A stretch of 64,000 bases of DNA from the NCBI RefSeq assembly GCF_009914755.1, contig NC_060935.1. The stretch is one strand, 5' to 3'. The position numbers were made by a program, and so were the translations under genes. Of the stretch, positions 41,925 to 55,375 are shown piece after piece. The DNA is from the human T2T-CHM13v2.0 reference genome, Homo sapiens. The notes below the pieces were generated by a model that did not search any database, was not told the origin of the DNA, and worked only from the letters and a program-made list of their open reading frames with translations. Each line of letters starts with the position of its first letter. Positions within the stretch are counted from its first letter, which is position 1.

Positions 41925-43553
41925 TGTTTGCTATTTCTGTGTAATCATTTTACCCAAAATTTAGTGTCTTAAGACAACACTAATTTTACGGGCAACAAAA
42001 GTAAAAACATATAAATTGGACTATACAGAGCAAAACTGAAAACTTTGCACATCAATGGATACAATTAACAGAGTGAAAGACACCTGTGGAATAAGAGAAA
42101 ATATTTTCAAATTATAGATCTGATAAGGAAGTAATAACAAGAATACATTTAAAAAAACTCTTACAACACAACAGCAGCAACAACAACAAAACCTGAATAA
42201 CAAATGGACAAAAAAACTTGAAAAGACATTTCTCTAAAGAGGATATATAAATAGCCAACAGACATTTGAAAAGATGCTTAACGTCACAAATCATCAGAGA
42301 AAAGCAAATCAAAACCATAATGAGATATCACCTTATACCCAGCAGGATGGATCTTATCAAGAAAACAAAAATTAACAGGTGTTGATGAGGAAGTACATTA
42401 ACTGAATCCTTGTTCACTGTTGGTGGAAATTTAAAATGGTGTAGCTTCTATGGAAAACAGTACGGCAGTTCCTTAAAAAATTAAAAAAAAATAATTACCA
42501 TATGATCCGACAATTTCTTTTCTGGGTTTATATCTCAAAGATTGAAGGCAGGGTCTCAAAAAATATCTGTATACTTATGTTCATGGCAATACTGTTCACA
42601 ATAACCCAAAGGTGGAAGCAACCCAAATGTTCATTGGCAAAGGAAGGGGTAAGGAAAATGTGGTATACACAGTCAATAATGTATTATTCAGCGTTCACAT
42701 GGAAGTGAATTCTGACACATAGTACAACATGGAGAACCTTGAGGACATTATGCTAAGTCAAACGAATCAGTCGCAAAAAGGCAAGTAGTTTCTGATTCCA
42801 CTTACATGACCTATCTAAATTAGTAAAACTCACAGAAGCAGAAAGTATAAGGGTGGTTTCCAGAGAAGGGAGAGCTGAGTGCTGTTGTTTAATGGGTATG
42901 AAGTTTCAATTTTGCAATATGAAAAGGTTCTGGAGATTGGTTAGACAACAATGTGAATATAATTAACACTGCTGAACCATGCACTTAAAAATGGTTAATA
43001 TGATAAATTTTATGTTATGCGTATTTTACTACAATTACAAATTAAACACACACACACATACATACATACCTTTATTATCCCACACAGTGGTTGACGGTCA
43101 AGAATGCAGAAGCAGCTTAACTGAATGATTATGGCTTTGAGTCTCAAGAGTTTGCAGTCATGCTATAAGCTCAGACTTCAGTCATCCATAGGCTTGACTG
43201 GCGATGGAAAATCCATTTCAAAATGACTCACTCATGTGACTGTTGACAGGATACCTCAATTTCTCACTGACTATTGGTAGAAGGACTCAGTTTCTCACTA
43301 CTTGATCTTTTCACAGGGCTGCGTGTACTCATGGCTTGGCACTGAATTCCTCTAGAACAAGAGAGTCGAGAGTGAGACAGAAGCTACAATGAAATTATAA
43401 CACATCCTGGGAAGTGGTCTAATATCACTGCTGTTGTGTTCTATTGTTCTAACACACCAACCCTCATATATTATGGGAGACAACTACACAGGGGTGAGAA
43501 TACAAGGAGATGAGGATCCTTAGAATTCATCCTGGAGATCGGTTTCTATACCA
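41925..43553 (-). mobile_element. MLT1F-type LTR split by an L1MB
   Basis: ttacccaaaatttagtgtcttaagacaacac, then the L1, then tttattatcccacacag...ggcttgactgg...cacaggggtgagaatacaaggagatgaggatc. Confidence 0.7.
41988..43045 (+). mobile_element. L1MB 3' fragment
   Basis: aaagacatttctctaaagagga...atggaaaacagtacggcagttcc...gcacttaaaaatggttaa...aaattttatgttatg. Confidence 0.88.
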
Positions 43554-43669
43554 TCAAAAGCTCATTTTTATTTCTTTTTGTTATGAAATAATATATTGTG
43601 CTAATCCATTCATCAAAAATATTTATAAAATACAAAGAGCATGTTTGTTATGATTAGAAAGAAACCAAG

Positions 43670-43860
43670 GAAATCAAGACTTGAGGGGCCAGAATATCTG
43701 AAAGAATGGGAATGCTTGAGATGAAACCTACCTTTAATTGCTTTCTTCCTCAGAGTAGTTGCTGATCTGTGGTACTGAATTAGAGGACAAGAGAAAAGCA
43801 GTGACAGTTTTCCTGAGCTGAGGGAAAGAAAATTGAAGTTCAGGGTTATATGCTACACCA
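43670..43860 (+). mobile_element. Ancient L1M 5'-region-like fragment
   Basis: gacagttttcctgagctgaggg...aattgaagttcaggg resembles L1M 5' regions (recalled). Confidence 0.4.
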
Positions 43861-44599
43861 AGGGCCAATGTATGTTCTTTATTATAATCCCAAACATTGG
43901 AGCAGAGAGTAAGATTGTGGATGATGTCTTCAGTTACATATACCTTGTTATCAGGACTACATCACTTCTTTTCTTCCGGCATGTGATGAATATTGTTTGC
44001 ATAAATTTTTGCAGTAGACTGGAAATGATTCTGAGGTTAGAAGGTGGAAGCTTATTAGTTGTAAAGGAAGGCAAAGTCCACATACTAACAATGATCCTCT
44101 TTCATTGTGGTGTTGGCCTTATTTTATGTATTATACTTCATTGGAGGCCTCAAATAGGTGAAATTGATACATGGAAGACTAAGGTAGCTCTGGTCCATAC
44201 ACCTTTTTTTTGTCTAAAATAAGTACAATTTTGGGCTATTTCATCAGGGCAACAGAAGTACATGGGTTTTCAGTAAATTTGAAGGTATATTTGATATGTT
44301 ACTATTTATATTTTACATAGAATAATTGATGTAAAATTCACTTTAGAGGATCCTGATGTTACTCCAAAGAGACAGCTGGTTATATTTATAAAGCTATATA
44401 CACAGTTATAAAAATTTACATAAAATATTTTAATAAATGTATAGCTGGTATGTATATTATTGTTTTTTATATATATCTTTATTTTAAATTTATTTTTGTT
44501 GTTTACTTACCATAAGCAGGCACTGTCAGCACTTTGTAGATATTACATCATTTATTCTCCAGAAAAATTCCTGTGTGCTAAATATATCACTCAAAGTGA

Positions 44600-44985
44600 G
44601 GCTTAACTACTAGGATGTATGAACAAAATATAGAAGTGTATCTCTCTCAAATGTACTAGGACTGGGTAAGTATATCAGATCAGCAGGTATTTTCCTTCCC
44701 CACAGCCATGCAGATACTGGATGCCTTCCATGTTCCCTACTCTATTTCCTAAGTTATTGTACCCATTTACATTGAAAAGTAGCTGCGTGAAAGTCCAGGT
44801 TTTTAGCTAGCTCAAAGGAAAGACACATACTGCAAAGAGAACATAGAGAGAGAATACTCAAAATTTTAAAGATTTTGGCATGGAAATGGCTCAGATCACT
44901 TTAACTCATATCCCAATGGGGAGAGCATAGTCAAATGATAATATCTAAATGCAAGGGAACCTGGGATTGCAGCCCAGAAACTTGT
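44600..44985 (-). mobile_element. Old MaLR LTR (MLT1J/K-like)
   Basis: atcactttaactcatatcccaatgg...agtcaaatg...ctaaatgcaagggaacctggga. Confidence 0.5.
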
Positions 44986-45013
44986 GAAAAACTAGCAATG
45001 TCTCCTAAATTAG

Positions 45014-45628
45014 GTGTGGCAGAGATGCTAGTTGTGTCCCAAAATATTCTTCTTTTTTGCTGTGGTAATAGGATCCTGATTTTTTTTTTTTCAGAGCAGG
45101 AGTGGAAGTTTATTTAAAAGGGCTTTAGAACAGGAAGGAAAGGAAAATTTCCTTGGAAGAGACCCAAGCAGGTGCCTGAAGGTCCCACAGAGAGGGAAAG
45201 ACAGCTGAAAATAAGGCAGATCTTGACTTTTTGAGTGGGTCTAAGTCCATCCAGAATGGACACCATATTTTCCAGCCTCCTGTGCAGCTAGGTACAGCCA
45301 TGTAACTAGTGCTGGCCAATGAGACATGTTCTTTGTGACATATCACATATCATCTGTGTACCCTTTACCACTCCCTCTTTTTTCCTTCCTTTCTTCTTTC
45401 TTGCCTCTACATCAAAATTCTGCTTTCCTTAACTATGAAGTAAAGGCCACAAATGATAGAACAAGAAGATAAAAGGACTCTGATCCCTTGATGCATTAAC
45501 CACCATATCAGTCCTCTTCCACTTGTTCAGTTTTGTTTTAGAAAAAGTATAAACGTCAATCTTGCTTAAGCCTCTGTTACTTTTGGGGTTTCTGTCACCA
45601 GCAGCTAAATATAATCCTAACCGATATA
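45014..45628 (+). mobile_element. MLT1J-like LTR carrying a small retroposed insert
   Basis: tgtggcagag...; ttccagcctcctgtgcagctagg...ctggccaatgaga; end ctgtcaccagcagctaaatataatcctaaccgatata. Confidence 0.7.
45080..45218 (-). other. Short poly(A)-tailed retrocopy of an ERV1-LTR-terminated RNA 3' end
   Basis: T12 at 45080-45091; AATAAA on minus at 45114-45109, 17 nt from the tail; ERV1/MER4-group LTR-like body; TSD gatcctgattttt (45072-45084) / gatcttgactttt (45219-45231). Confidence 0.65.
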
Positions 45629-46529
45629 ATTGGTATTACACTTCTTATGTAAATGACAGACTTAGGTCCAGAGAGGTAAATGATCTCAATTTAGGATATA
45701 TAAACCCAAGAGAGTGTTGCTCCAAATTCCATGCCTTTCCCCGCTGATCTATTCAGGCAAGATGCAAATAAAAACAAGTAAAAATCTCTTTTGGTAACAA
45801 TGGGAATATATGCATGGCTCTTGGTGGGAGAATTTAAACAAATTGTTTACTCAAGTCACTGTATGCTGAAACAATTTATGCCATTCTATTATGGCAGTGC
45901 TAGCTTTCCCGTCCTTAGCAAATCTCATCCAGCTAGCTCAAAGGAAGAGATAAAGAAGAAAGTTAGATCTTTTGAGCTAAATGAAACAGCAGATAAAAGC
46001 AAACAGGGAAATGCCATCAGTTTAGAAAATAAACAACGTATTTATCCTAGTCTGTGCCTTGAATGCCTTAGGAGGGAAGTATACAAATTGAGTGTCTTCC
46101 CCCTCTATTTTCTTTGTTGACAATAGATGTTGTGAACATTAAATCTGTCAGAGTGCTTGTGGGGAGATAGGTCAGCTGATCCTTTCCAATGACTGACATC
46201 CTTGAGTTTCAGAGAATTGACTAATTTAGAGATGATCCAGTCTTTTGACCTTCAGGCTGTCATAGAGACAGTCATAGAGTTTGCAGAGGTTACAAGTTGC
46301 TGACTGAGTCTGATTTTTTTTCCCCCTTAAGAACTGGAGTTGTGCAATAGATAATGGGGGAAAAATGAAAGTTTAAGCTGCAGTAAAAGACTTTTCTCCT
46401 AATAATAACATTAATATTCCTAATGTGTTCTGAAATGCACATTAGGTATGTAGTTACCATTGTGCTGTGTTATAAAATACTCTCTGTTAGAAAATAAAAA
46501 GATACTATGACAGGAATTCACTTCGGGAG

Positions 46530-46697
46530 TGTAGAAAAAGCATAGAAAGATGAAGATATGCGTTCCAGATCCAGTTCTGCTACTAAATCACCAGGTGTCC
46601 TTGGGGAAGGAAATCGTCTGAACTTTCTGAATCTCATTTTCCACATCTATAAAATAAGAGCTAAACAGCTTTTCAGGGGTCTTTCAACTGTAAAATT
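46530..46697 (+). mobile_element. MIR/MIR3 remnant
   Basis: ccagttctgctactaa...gtgtccttgggga...tctgaatctcattttccacatctataaaat. Confidence 0.7.
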
Positions 46698-47754
46698 AAA
46701 AGGAGGAAAATCTGGGATTCTATTATCTCAATTTTAATATGAACTCTTTATTGTGCTAATTTCTGAGAGCAGGAATAACTCTCAATAGAACTACTTTTAT
46801 CAGTATTTTACCATATGGAGTTGTTTTTGTTTGAGGGGACATGATTTTACACTCATTTTTCTCAATTTCTATAACACCAAGCTAAGTAATAATGACCAGA
46901 ATGGATTATCATAATATCTGCTAAAAGAAGTTTTCTGTATTTTTTAAGAAATTGAAAATTATTTATTAGGTAGGTAATAATCATAAATAATAATTGTTAC
47001 ATTTAATATCATATTATAATAATTATTTAAAATTAATAAGTAATAACTAAATTACTTATTTGTAATCATTTGCTTAAACCTTGGCTATCATATAATTCTG
47101 TGTAAACACTAGGAATAATTAGAGATAGTGTATAATTTTTAAAATGCTTGTGTTTAAGCATGCATTTGTAACTTTTCTCTATTGTAATTTTGTTGTAAAT
47201 GATTACTATTATTTAGAATCTAAATCATGTTGATAAAAGGAGCAAAATAGCAGCATTGTAATATATAGGACACCTACAGTTTCTAGGAATGCACTTTCAT
47301 TTCGTGACTATTCTTCTTTCTGATTCTGTAAACAAAGAGGGGAAATAGAAACATTCTCCAAATCTCCCAGGGCCCTGTGACCATGAAGTTTAGTTTATTA
47401 ATCTCTATCTTTCTCTTTTTCTCTCTCTGTACTATATATGTAGTTTATTCTACATGTATAAAATTATTGAGAATAATTTCACCAAAACAAATGTTTCCAT
47501 CACTCAGATTGCAGATATTTGTTTTCTTTTTTATTCTACATTTTAGGTTTCTTTTCATGTTATCTGTCAGAATCTTACTGATAAAGCTGAAGCCTCCTTT
47601 AACTCCTTATGTATCTAATTCCCTTCCCTATCTCCTGAACATAAATCCTATCCTAAAAATGTTACAAATTCCTCACACTTACAAACGATATATACACTAG
47701 CTCTTTATTTTTTTTCATTAACATTGTCTGTCTGGATATATCCTTCTAATTATT

Positions 47755-47876
47755 ATTGTCTAATGGTAGAGGCTAAGGATTTTGCTGAACATCCCATACA
47801 CCACAGGACAGCCTCCAAAACAAGGAATTATTAGTGTCAAAATACCCATAAATACTGCTAAGGTTGAGAAACCCCT
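47755..47876 (+). mobile_element. MER20 3' half
   Basis: ggtagaggctaaggattttgctgaacatcc...caggacagcc...aaggaattat...ctaaggttgagaaaccct. Confidence 0.85.
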
Positions 47877-48329
47877 ATTTCCCAAAGTAAATATTTTAAT
47901 TTTATCTTATTAATTTAATTGAAATCCTAAGTATGTATTGCTAGAGAGAGAAAAGCAGACACTTCACATTGACTTACTTCCTCCAAGTGGAGAAACACAG
48001 TACCTCTAACTTGTGAAAGAAAAAAAACTATATGAAAGCATTATTGACGAATGCCTCTCCATATATATTGTAGAGAACATCCTAATCATTGAAGTATAAA
48101 AAAATTTCCACTCTCTTGCTTTTAGCAAGAAAAATTGGCATTTCATATTTAACTTGTTATAAGTATCCATTTAAACTTAACAATCAAACTGTGTCAATCA
48201 CTCAACCACTAGAAATAAAATAGGTCCTTCTTAATACTGTGCTTTTTTTCCACATTGTAACGTGGATGTATAAGAAACTAGACACTAATTTAGAAAAAAA
48301 AAAACTTGTTAGTTTAACTACTCAAACAC

Positions 48330-48637
<308 letters not shown>

Positions 48638-48649
48638 TCAAACACATTT

Positions 48650-48915
48650 AAATTTACCAAGTTTATGTGTACGATTCAATGATTTTTAGTAAATTTACTA
48701 AGTTGTGCAATCATCAGCATAATCTAGTTTTAGAATAGTTCCATCATCCCAGTAAGATCACTCATATTTATTGGCACTTATTCCCTATGCCCTCTGCCTG
48801 TCAGCCCCAGACAACTGCTTAGCCTACTTTCTGTCCCTATGGATTTACAATTTTTTAGACATTCGTCATAAGTGACACCATACAATATGTAGTCTTCGTG
48901 TCTGGCATCTTTTTC
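48650..48915 (-). mobile_element. L1MB7/8-type 3' fragment
   Basis: gtgtacgattcaatgatttttagtaaatttac...ttgtgcaatcatc...ctactttctgtccctatggattt. Confidence 0.75.
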
Positions 48916-49859
48916 GAATACATTTTACATATTTTTCACAGGGAACTGCAGAAATCTGCTTTTATGATTTTGGTACAAGTTTTTGGTAGAAGACATTAAG
49001 TTTTAGGGTGGGGCTTTTAACTGTGAAGGTTTAATATACTGAGCTGGAATGGAGATCACTGAATAATAACTACAAGCTACACGTTGAAATTATTTGAGAG
49101 CATGTTCTCATTTTGTAGATATGTTTTCTAGAAAACTTTTTATTTTCTATTGTTTTTATGTTTTCATTATTGTCTTGTTAAAAGTGTTATGCAACCTAAA
49201 CTCATTCAATGCCCAAGTTGAATACTCATAATAAGATATGAGTATGTCTTACGCCTTGGCTGTTAAGCAAAGAAGCATATTTTCAATACACCTCACATTT
49301 TTTTTAGTATATTTCAAAACATTCATTTATTGTGAGGACATCTCAAAATATTAATCCTTTCTAAAGTCATACAGAGGGGAAAACATGAAGGAATATACCT
49401 CTTCCTAGAAATAACATCACGTACAGATGTTAGAATACTCTGGTGTTGGACAAAGTATATATTATTTATATTTGTTTTGTTTCAAGTTTAGTTTAGCATG
49501 ATTATTACTGCCATTTTTCCTAGATTAAAATAAATATCGCATCACCAAAACAAAGTTGAAATACACCAAAACATAAAGAATATATACAATCTTATGTAGC
49601 ATAAGAGATCCTCTTCTCTTTTGCAAGAATATTTTCAGGCATCTGAAAAGAAAACGTCAAAGATGGTCAGCCTTGAAGGAAGTTGAGTTTTAAAATCTGT
49701 TGTAAAAATCTTCCTATTTTAACTTATTCTTAAGACAAAAACCATATAATTTTGTTCTGCTATTGAGCATACTAATTCATAGAGAATTTCAAGAATTTTT
49801 TTAAATGGAGACATTGTATAGTATTGGACTAATACATTTTTACTGATCCTTTTTGTTTT

Positions 49860-51030
49860 CTTAATTAATTTATAATTTATATGCAACAAGATGTAGAGAT
49901 ATTAAGTGATAAGTTTAATGAGCTGAGGCAATTGCTTATACAGCTGTAATCCACATAGAAACCAACATCCACAAGAATCTCAGCACCCCAGAAAGTTCTC
50001 CCATGTCCCCTTTTTTGCTCCCTTCTCCTCTACCCAAAAGGCAACTAATCTTTGATGTCAATAACCATAGATGAGTTTTTCTTGTTTTGGAACTTCATAC
50101 AAATGAAACAATACAGTATTTACTCCTTTATCACAGGTTACTTTCACTCTATATAATTAAATGTTTCTCAAATTTTATATAATTTGTGTATTTATATATA
50201 CATTCATATACAGTTTTTGCTATTTTGATTCTTTATATTAAGTAGTATAAACACATAAAAATTTGTTTATTGATTATTAGTTGGTGGGCATTTGGGTTAT
50301 TTCAAGGCATAGTTATTATGAATAAAGTTATGATGAATATTTTTGTATATGTCTGTGGATATCTATTTTCAATCCTCTTAGATAAATACCAAGGAGTGGA
50401 ATTTGGGTCACAGTTCACAAAATGATTACAACAATGTAAACATCCATTGCCAATATATGAAAGTATCAGTTGCTATACATCCTGTCAATATTTAAAACTG
50501 GTACTGTTTTTTAAATTTTAGCCATCCATATGAGTATGAAATACGACCTAATTGAGGACTAAATTATTACTTCTCTAATGAAAAAATATGTTTTCTGTTG
50601 TAGACAGTCCAACCAGTCAAAACCATTGCCCTCTTTCCCTTTTCAAAAATGTTTTGTCCTTTTTATTGTTGACTTTTAAGGGGCTTTTAAATGTAGAAAT
50701 ATGTATTTTTTCCAGTGTGTGGTTTTCCTATTCATTTTGTTAAATACATGTCATGACAAAATTTTTCAATTTTGTTGAAACCCAGTTTGTCATTTTTTGC
50801 TTTCATGATTACTGCTTTTTTCTGACTTATCTAAGCAAGTTTTGTCTCAATCAAGAATTAATGATATTCTTCTATATTTTCTTTCAAATGCTTTACACTT
50901 TTGTTTTACATTGAGGTCTATCATTCATCACAAACTAATTTTTATGTATAAAATGAGATAAGGCTGAAGGTTTATTTTTCCCTAATTTTCAAATCCAACT
51001 ATTCCATCTCCATTTATTTTTTTGCGAAGC
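49860..51030 (-). mobile_element. Ancient L1ME/MC remnant
   Basis: caccccagaaagttctcccatgtcccc...gaacttcatacaaatgaaac...gggcatttgggttatttc...taaataccaaggagtggaatt. Confidence 0.7.
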
Positions 51031-52687
51031 CTTCCTGATATTTTCCATAATTACATCCCCTCCAATAATGGAGTAGAAGGGCTTTCACCAGCCTCCATAA
51101 CATTTAGAGAGCCTTCTCTGAATGCTGTTTCCACAATATATCACCAAAGAATAATTTAATGAAGTTGTAGCATTTTCTGTAATTGATATATGTTAAAGTG
51201 ATTAAGCACTACTAACCTCTAACCAGATTTTTCAAGGAGTAGCATATTGGGTTATTATATATAAAGGAGTCATGTATTTCTGTGGCATAATTTCTGTTTC
51301 ACGTAATTAAAAAATCAATTATGTTGACCTCATACCTTATCATTCTCTAACATTCTTTTTGCCTATACCTATTTCTAGTAACAATCTTGAAAGAGTTATG
51401 TGCCCTTTGTCTTTATTATCAGTTATCCCATTCTAAATATGTTTCATACCCAGCACTCTACAATGCATACTTTTCACTTACCTGTATGTGGCCAAACCAC
51501 TGATCACATTAATTTCCTTATTTTTTTGACCTTTCTGAAGCACTCAAAATAGATGACCTTTTTTTTTCCCCCATTAAAAACATGAGATTCAGAGATGGAA
51601 GTTATAGTTTAGGAAGATGAAAAAAAAAGACAAAACTGGGTTAAAACCAACAGTATGAACAAGGAAGATGCATTAGCATATCTCTCTTTAGCCTCCCCAC
51701 ACTGGGACAGTTGGTCCAAAGGAAATGTGCACAGCTCAAGCGGTGGATATGGAACTTGAGCTGACTGCAGAGGAATTAGGGAAAACCAACATTTTAGTTC
51801 GTGCAAGGTGATAAATGAAATGTTCTGAAAACTGGTTGAAGATATAAGGCAAGTTTAAGATGACAGATACAGCATATCAACTGAAATAATTCTGGTAAGT
51901 CATCTAAAATTTTGTGCTTTTATTTCTCATTCTACAAAATGAAGATAATAATCACTTACTTTTTTCCTCATGGATTTATTTTGTGGGGAGGGCCCTTGAG
52001 CTAATGGATATGAAGGTATTTTGTAAATTTTTTAGCAGTATACAATTATAGGTGTTAATACTAACTTATTAGTGTAATTTAATTAACATGCTACAGATAT
52101 GATTTCTAGATTTTCAAATTTTATAAGCCAGAATGTATGCATGTATGTTTGTATGTGTGTGTATTAATTTGCTACTGACATACATTCATTAAGTTATTAT
52201 TTTTCAGGTTAAAAAGATTTACTTATGATCTCTAAAATTTTTTGAAAAGTAAAAATTGTGAAAAGGACATGAAGGACAGTCTTAAAACTGAATACATTTA
52301 GTTTTATAAAAAACTCCTTACATTTTCATATTTTTCCCCATTCTTCTCCGACGAGTGAAGTCTTCATTATGGAGCATGAGATGAAAAATCAATGTTTAGA
52401 AACTACTGATTTAGAAGCTGCCTTTCAGAGGTATAAAATTTTTATTGCTTCAGGTAATAAAATCACAGAAGATGTTTTGTAAATTCAGAAAACACTGAAA
52501 AGTATCTTAGTCATGACCTCTTGAATGCCATACACACTAAAAGTTGAATGCAGCCCTGCTATAAAATTATGACTTTGAATACTGGTTTGTTTGGTCAATT
52601 GAAATACTGTGAAAATATTCCTAGTATCAAAACATATACTTCTGCTTCTATAGCAAATAAAATAAAAGAAAAATCTGCTAAGATTTA

Positions 52688-52770
52688 TTAGGCTGGTGCA
52701 AAAGTAATTGCAGTTTTTTTTTGCCATTTTTTTAATGGCAAGAAACACAATTACTTTTGCGTCAGCCTAA
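52688..52770. mobile_element. MADE1 (Hsmar1-derived MITE), palindromic
   Basis: ttaggctggtgcaaaagtaattgc...ttgccatt...aatggcaa...caattacttttgc...agcctaa; preceded by TA. Confidence 0.95.
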
Positions 52771-52937
52771 AACATTTGGCTGTGTACCTGACTTGTCCAG
52801 TAAATTATGAGCTTTTGGGAAAACAGGACCATAGCAATTAGGACATTGCTTTTTTATTTTGTAAATACATATTAGCTCTGATAAGTGTTATGAGTCCAAC
52901 ATAACATTTAGGATCAAGTATAGATAATTTAAAACGG

Positions 52938-53753
<816 letters not shown>

Positions 53754-54053
53754 AGTAGTAAGTAGTATTCAACCTCTTTTAAAATTAAAGCCTAGGCTAC
53801 TTGCAAATGAAGACACAATTGGAATCTGTGGCATTCTTCTGTATACACCAAGCATTACAGAACATTTAAAAGCCAGCTTCTACTACAGGGCTATAGCTCA
53901 GGGATTAATAAGGAATGCTTTTCTATTCACCTTCTTGGTTTATTATTATTTTCAATTTCCTGGAAGACGTTGTATCCTATTAAAGGTTTAAATGTATAAG
54001 ATATGTTTAAATGCACCAAATAGGTTTATAATAGAAAGTTCTTACAATCAGAC

Positions 54054-54398
54054 TGCGATGATCTGAATGTCTATGTCCTCCGAAAATTCATATGTTGAAA
54101 GCCTACCTTCCAAAGTTATGGTATTATGTGGAGCCTTTGGTAGGTGAATACTTCACGAGGTCAGAGATGATGTGAGTGAGAATGGAGCCCAAGAAAAAAA
54201 ACAGACCAAGAAAAAGACCCCTTGCCCTTTCCACACTGTGAGGTTACAGTGAAAAGATGGCCTACCAGGAAGTGGACTATCACCAGATACCAAATTTGCT
54301 TGAACTTCCCAGCCTCCATAACTGTGACACAAATTTCTGTTGTTTAGAAGCCACCCAGTTTATGGTATTTTGTTATAGCATCATGAAACGGCAAAGAC
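54054..54398 (+). mobile_element. MLT1A-type solo LTR
   Basis: tgaatgtctatgtcctccgaaaattcatatgttgaa...cttcccagcctcca...aagccacccagtttatggtattttgttatagca. Confidence 0.85.
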
Positions 54399-54399
54399 T

Positions 54400-54635
54400 A
54401 AAATTGGAAAGCCCAATAGAATGAAAAGGTGGAGGAAAGGCAATTTTTTTTTCTCCGTGTTTAAGCTGGGACATCCATCTTCTCCTGACCTTGGATATCA
54501 GTGCTCTACCAGGCTGAGACTTACACCATGGCCCATCCCTTGCTCTCATGCCCCACCTTTCAATCCCCCTTCTCGGACCTTCAGACATTGGCTTTCCTGG
54601 TTCTCCAGCTTGCAAAACTAGCTGGCAATCACAAT
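54400..54635 (+). mobile_element. MLT2 (ERVL) LTR fragment
   Basis: aatagaatgaaaaggtggaggaaagg...agctgggacatccatcttctcctg...cctggttctccagcttgca. Confidence 0.75.
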
Positions 54636-54671
54636 GCAATTAAGTGCATTGTTTTCAAGAGAAAGAAACTT

Positions 54672-55375
54672 TGTATTAGTAGGTCAAAGAAAATTTGGCT
54701 GGGCATGGTGGCTCATGCCTGTAATCTCAGCACTTTGGGAGTCTGAGGCAGGTAACCTGACAAATATAGTGAAACCTCATCTCTACTAAAAATACAAAAA
54801 TTAGCCAGGTGTGGTGGCATGCACCTGTAGTCCCAGCTACTCAGGAGGCCGAGACAGGAGAATTGCTTGAACCCAGGAGGCAGAGGTTACAGTGAGCCGA
54901 GATCATGCCGCTTCACTGCAGCCTGGGTGACAGAGTGAGACTCTGTCTCAAAAAAGAAAAAAAAAAAGAAAGAAAGAAAATTAATTGGAAGGATATGATG
55001 TGGCTCACAAGGTTTAAATAAAATACTAAAGTGCTATCTTTGGGTAGACCAGGTCAAACCAGGTGCATAAGCTAAATGTTTATCTCTTTAGGAGATAAGT
55101 CAGCTCTGGGGTATTTAAAACAAAAGCAATGATATTTCTCATTAAATTTGACATTCAAGTTTCTAAACTCAAGAGTAATACAGAGAGCATAATTTAACTA
55201 GCTTGAGCCATATGCTTTCTCTTCAGTTAGCAGAAAGCTGGATACTTTGATTGATGGACCCAGGAAACGCAAAGCACAGTGATGGAGGAGTAATTCTTCA
55301 AACAGAACTGGAAAGTGTTCTTACTAGAAGAAAATGAGAATGAATGCTCAGCAGTCAAGAAAAGTAAGTCCATAA
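54672..55375. mobile_element. Old MaLR LTR remnant hosting an Alu
   Basis: aattggaaggatat...ggctcaca; ctagaagaaaatgagaatgaatgct. Confidence 0.4.
54697..54972 (+). mobile_element. AluS with a ~30-bp left-arm deletion removing the B box
   Basis: gaggcaggt is joined directly to aacctgacaaatatagtgaaacc at 54753/54754. TSD-like aaagaaaatt on both sides. Confidence 0.93.

Noticed and set aside
43833-44222. 129-aa hydrophobic ORF
   Set aside because: Non-ATG start in an L1-like remnant, no recognisable domain, no supported exon structure.
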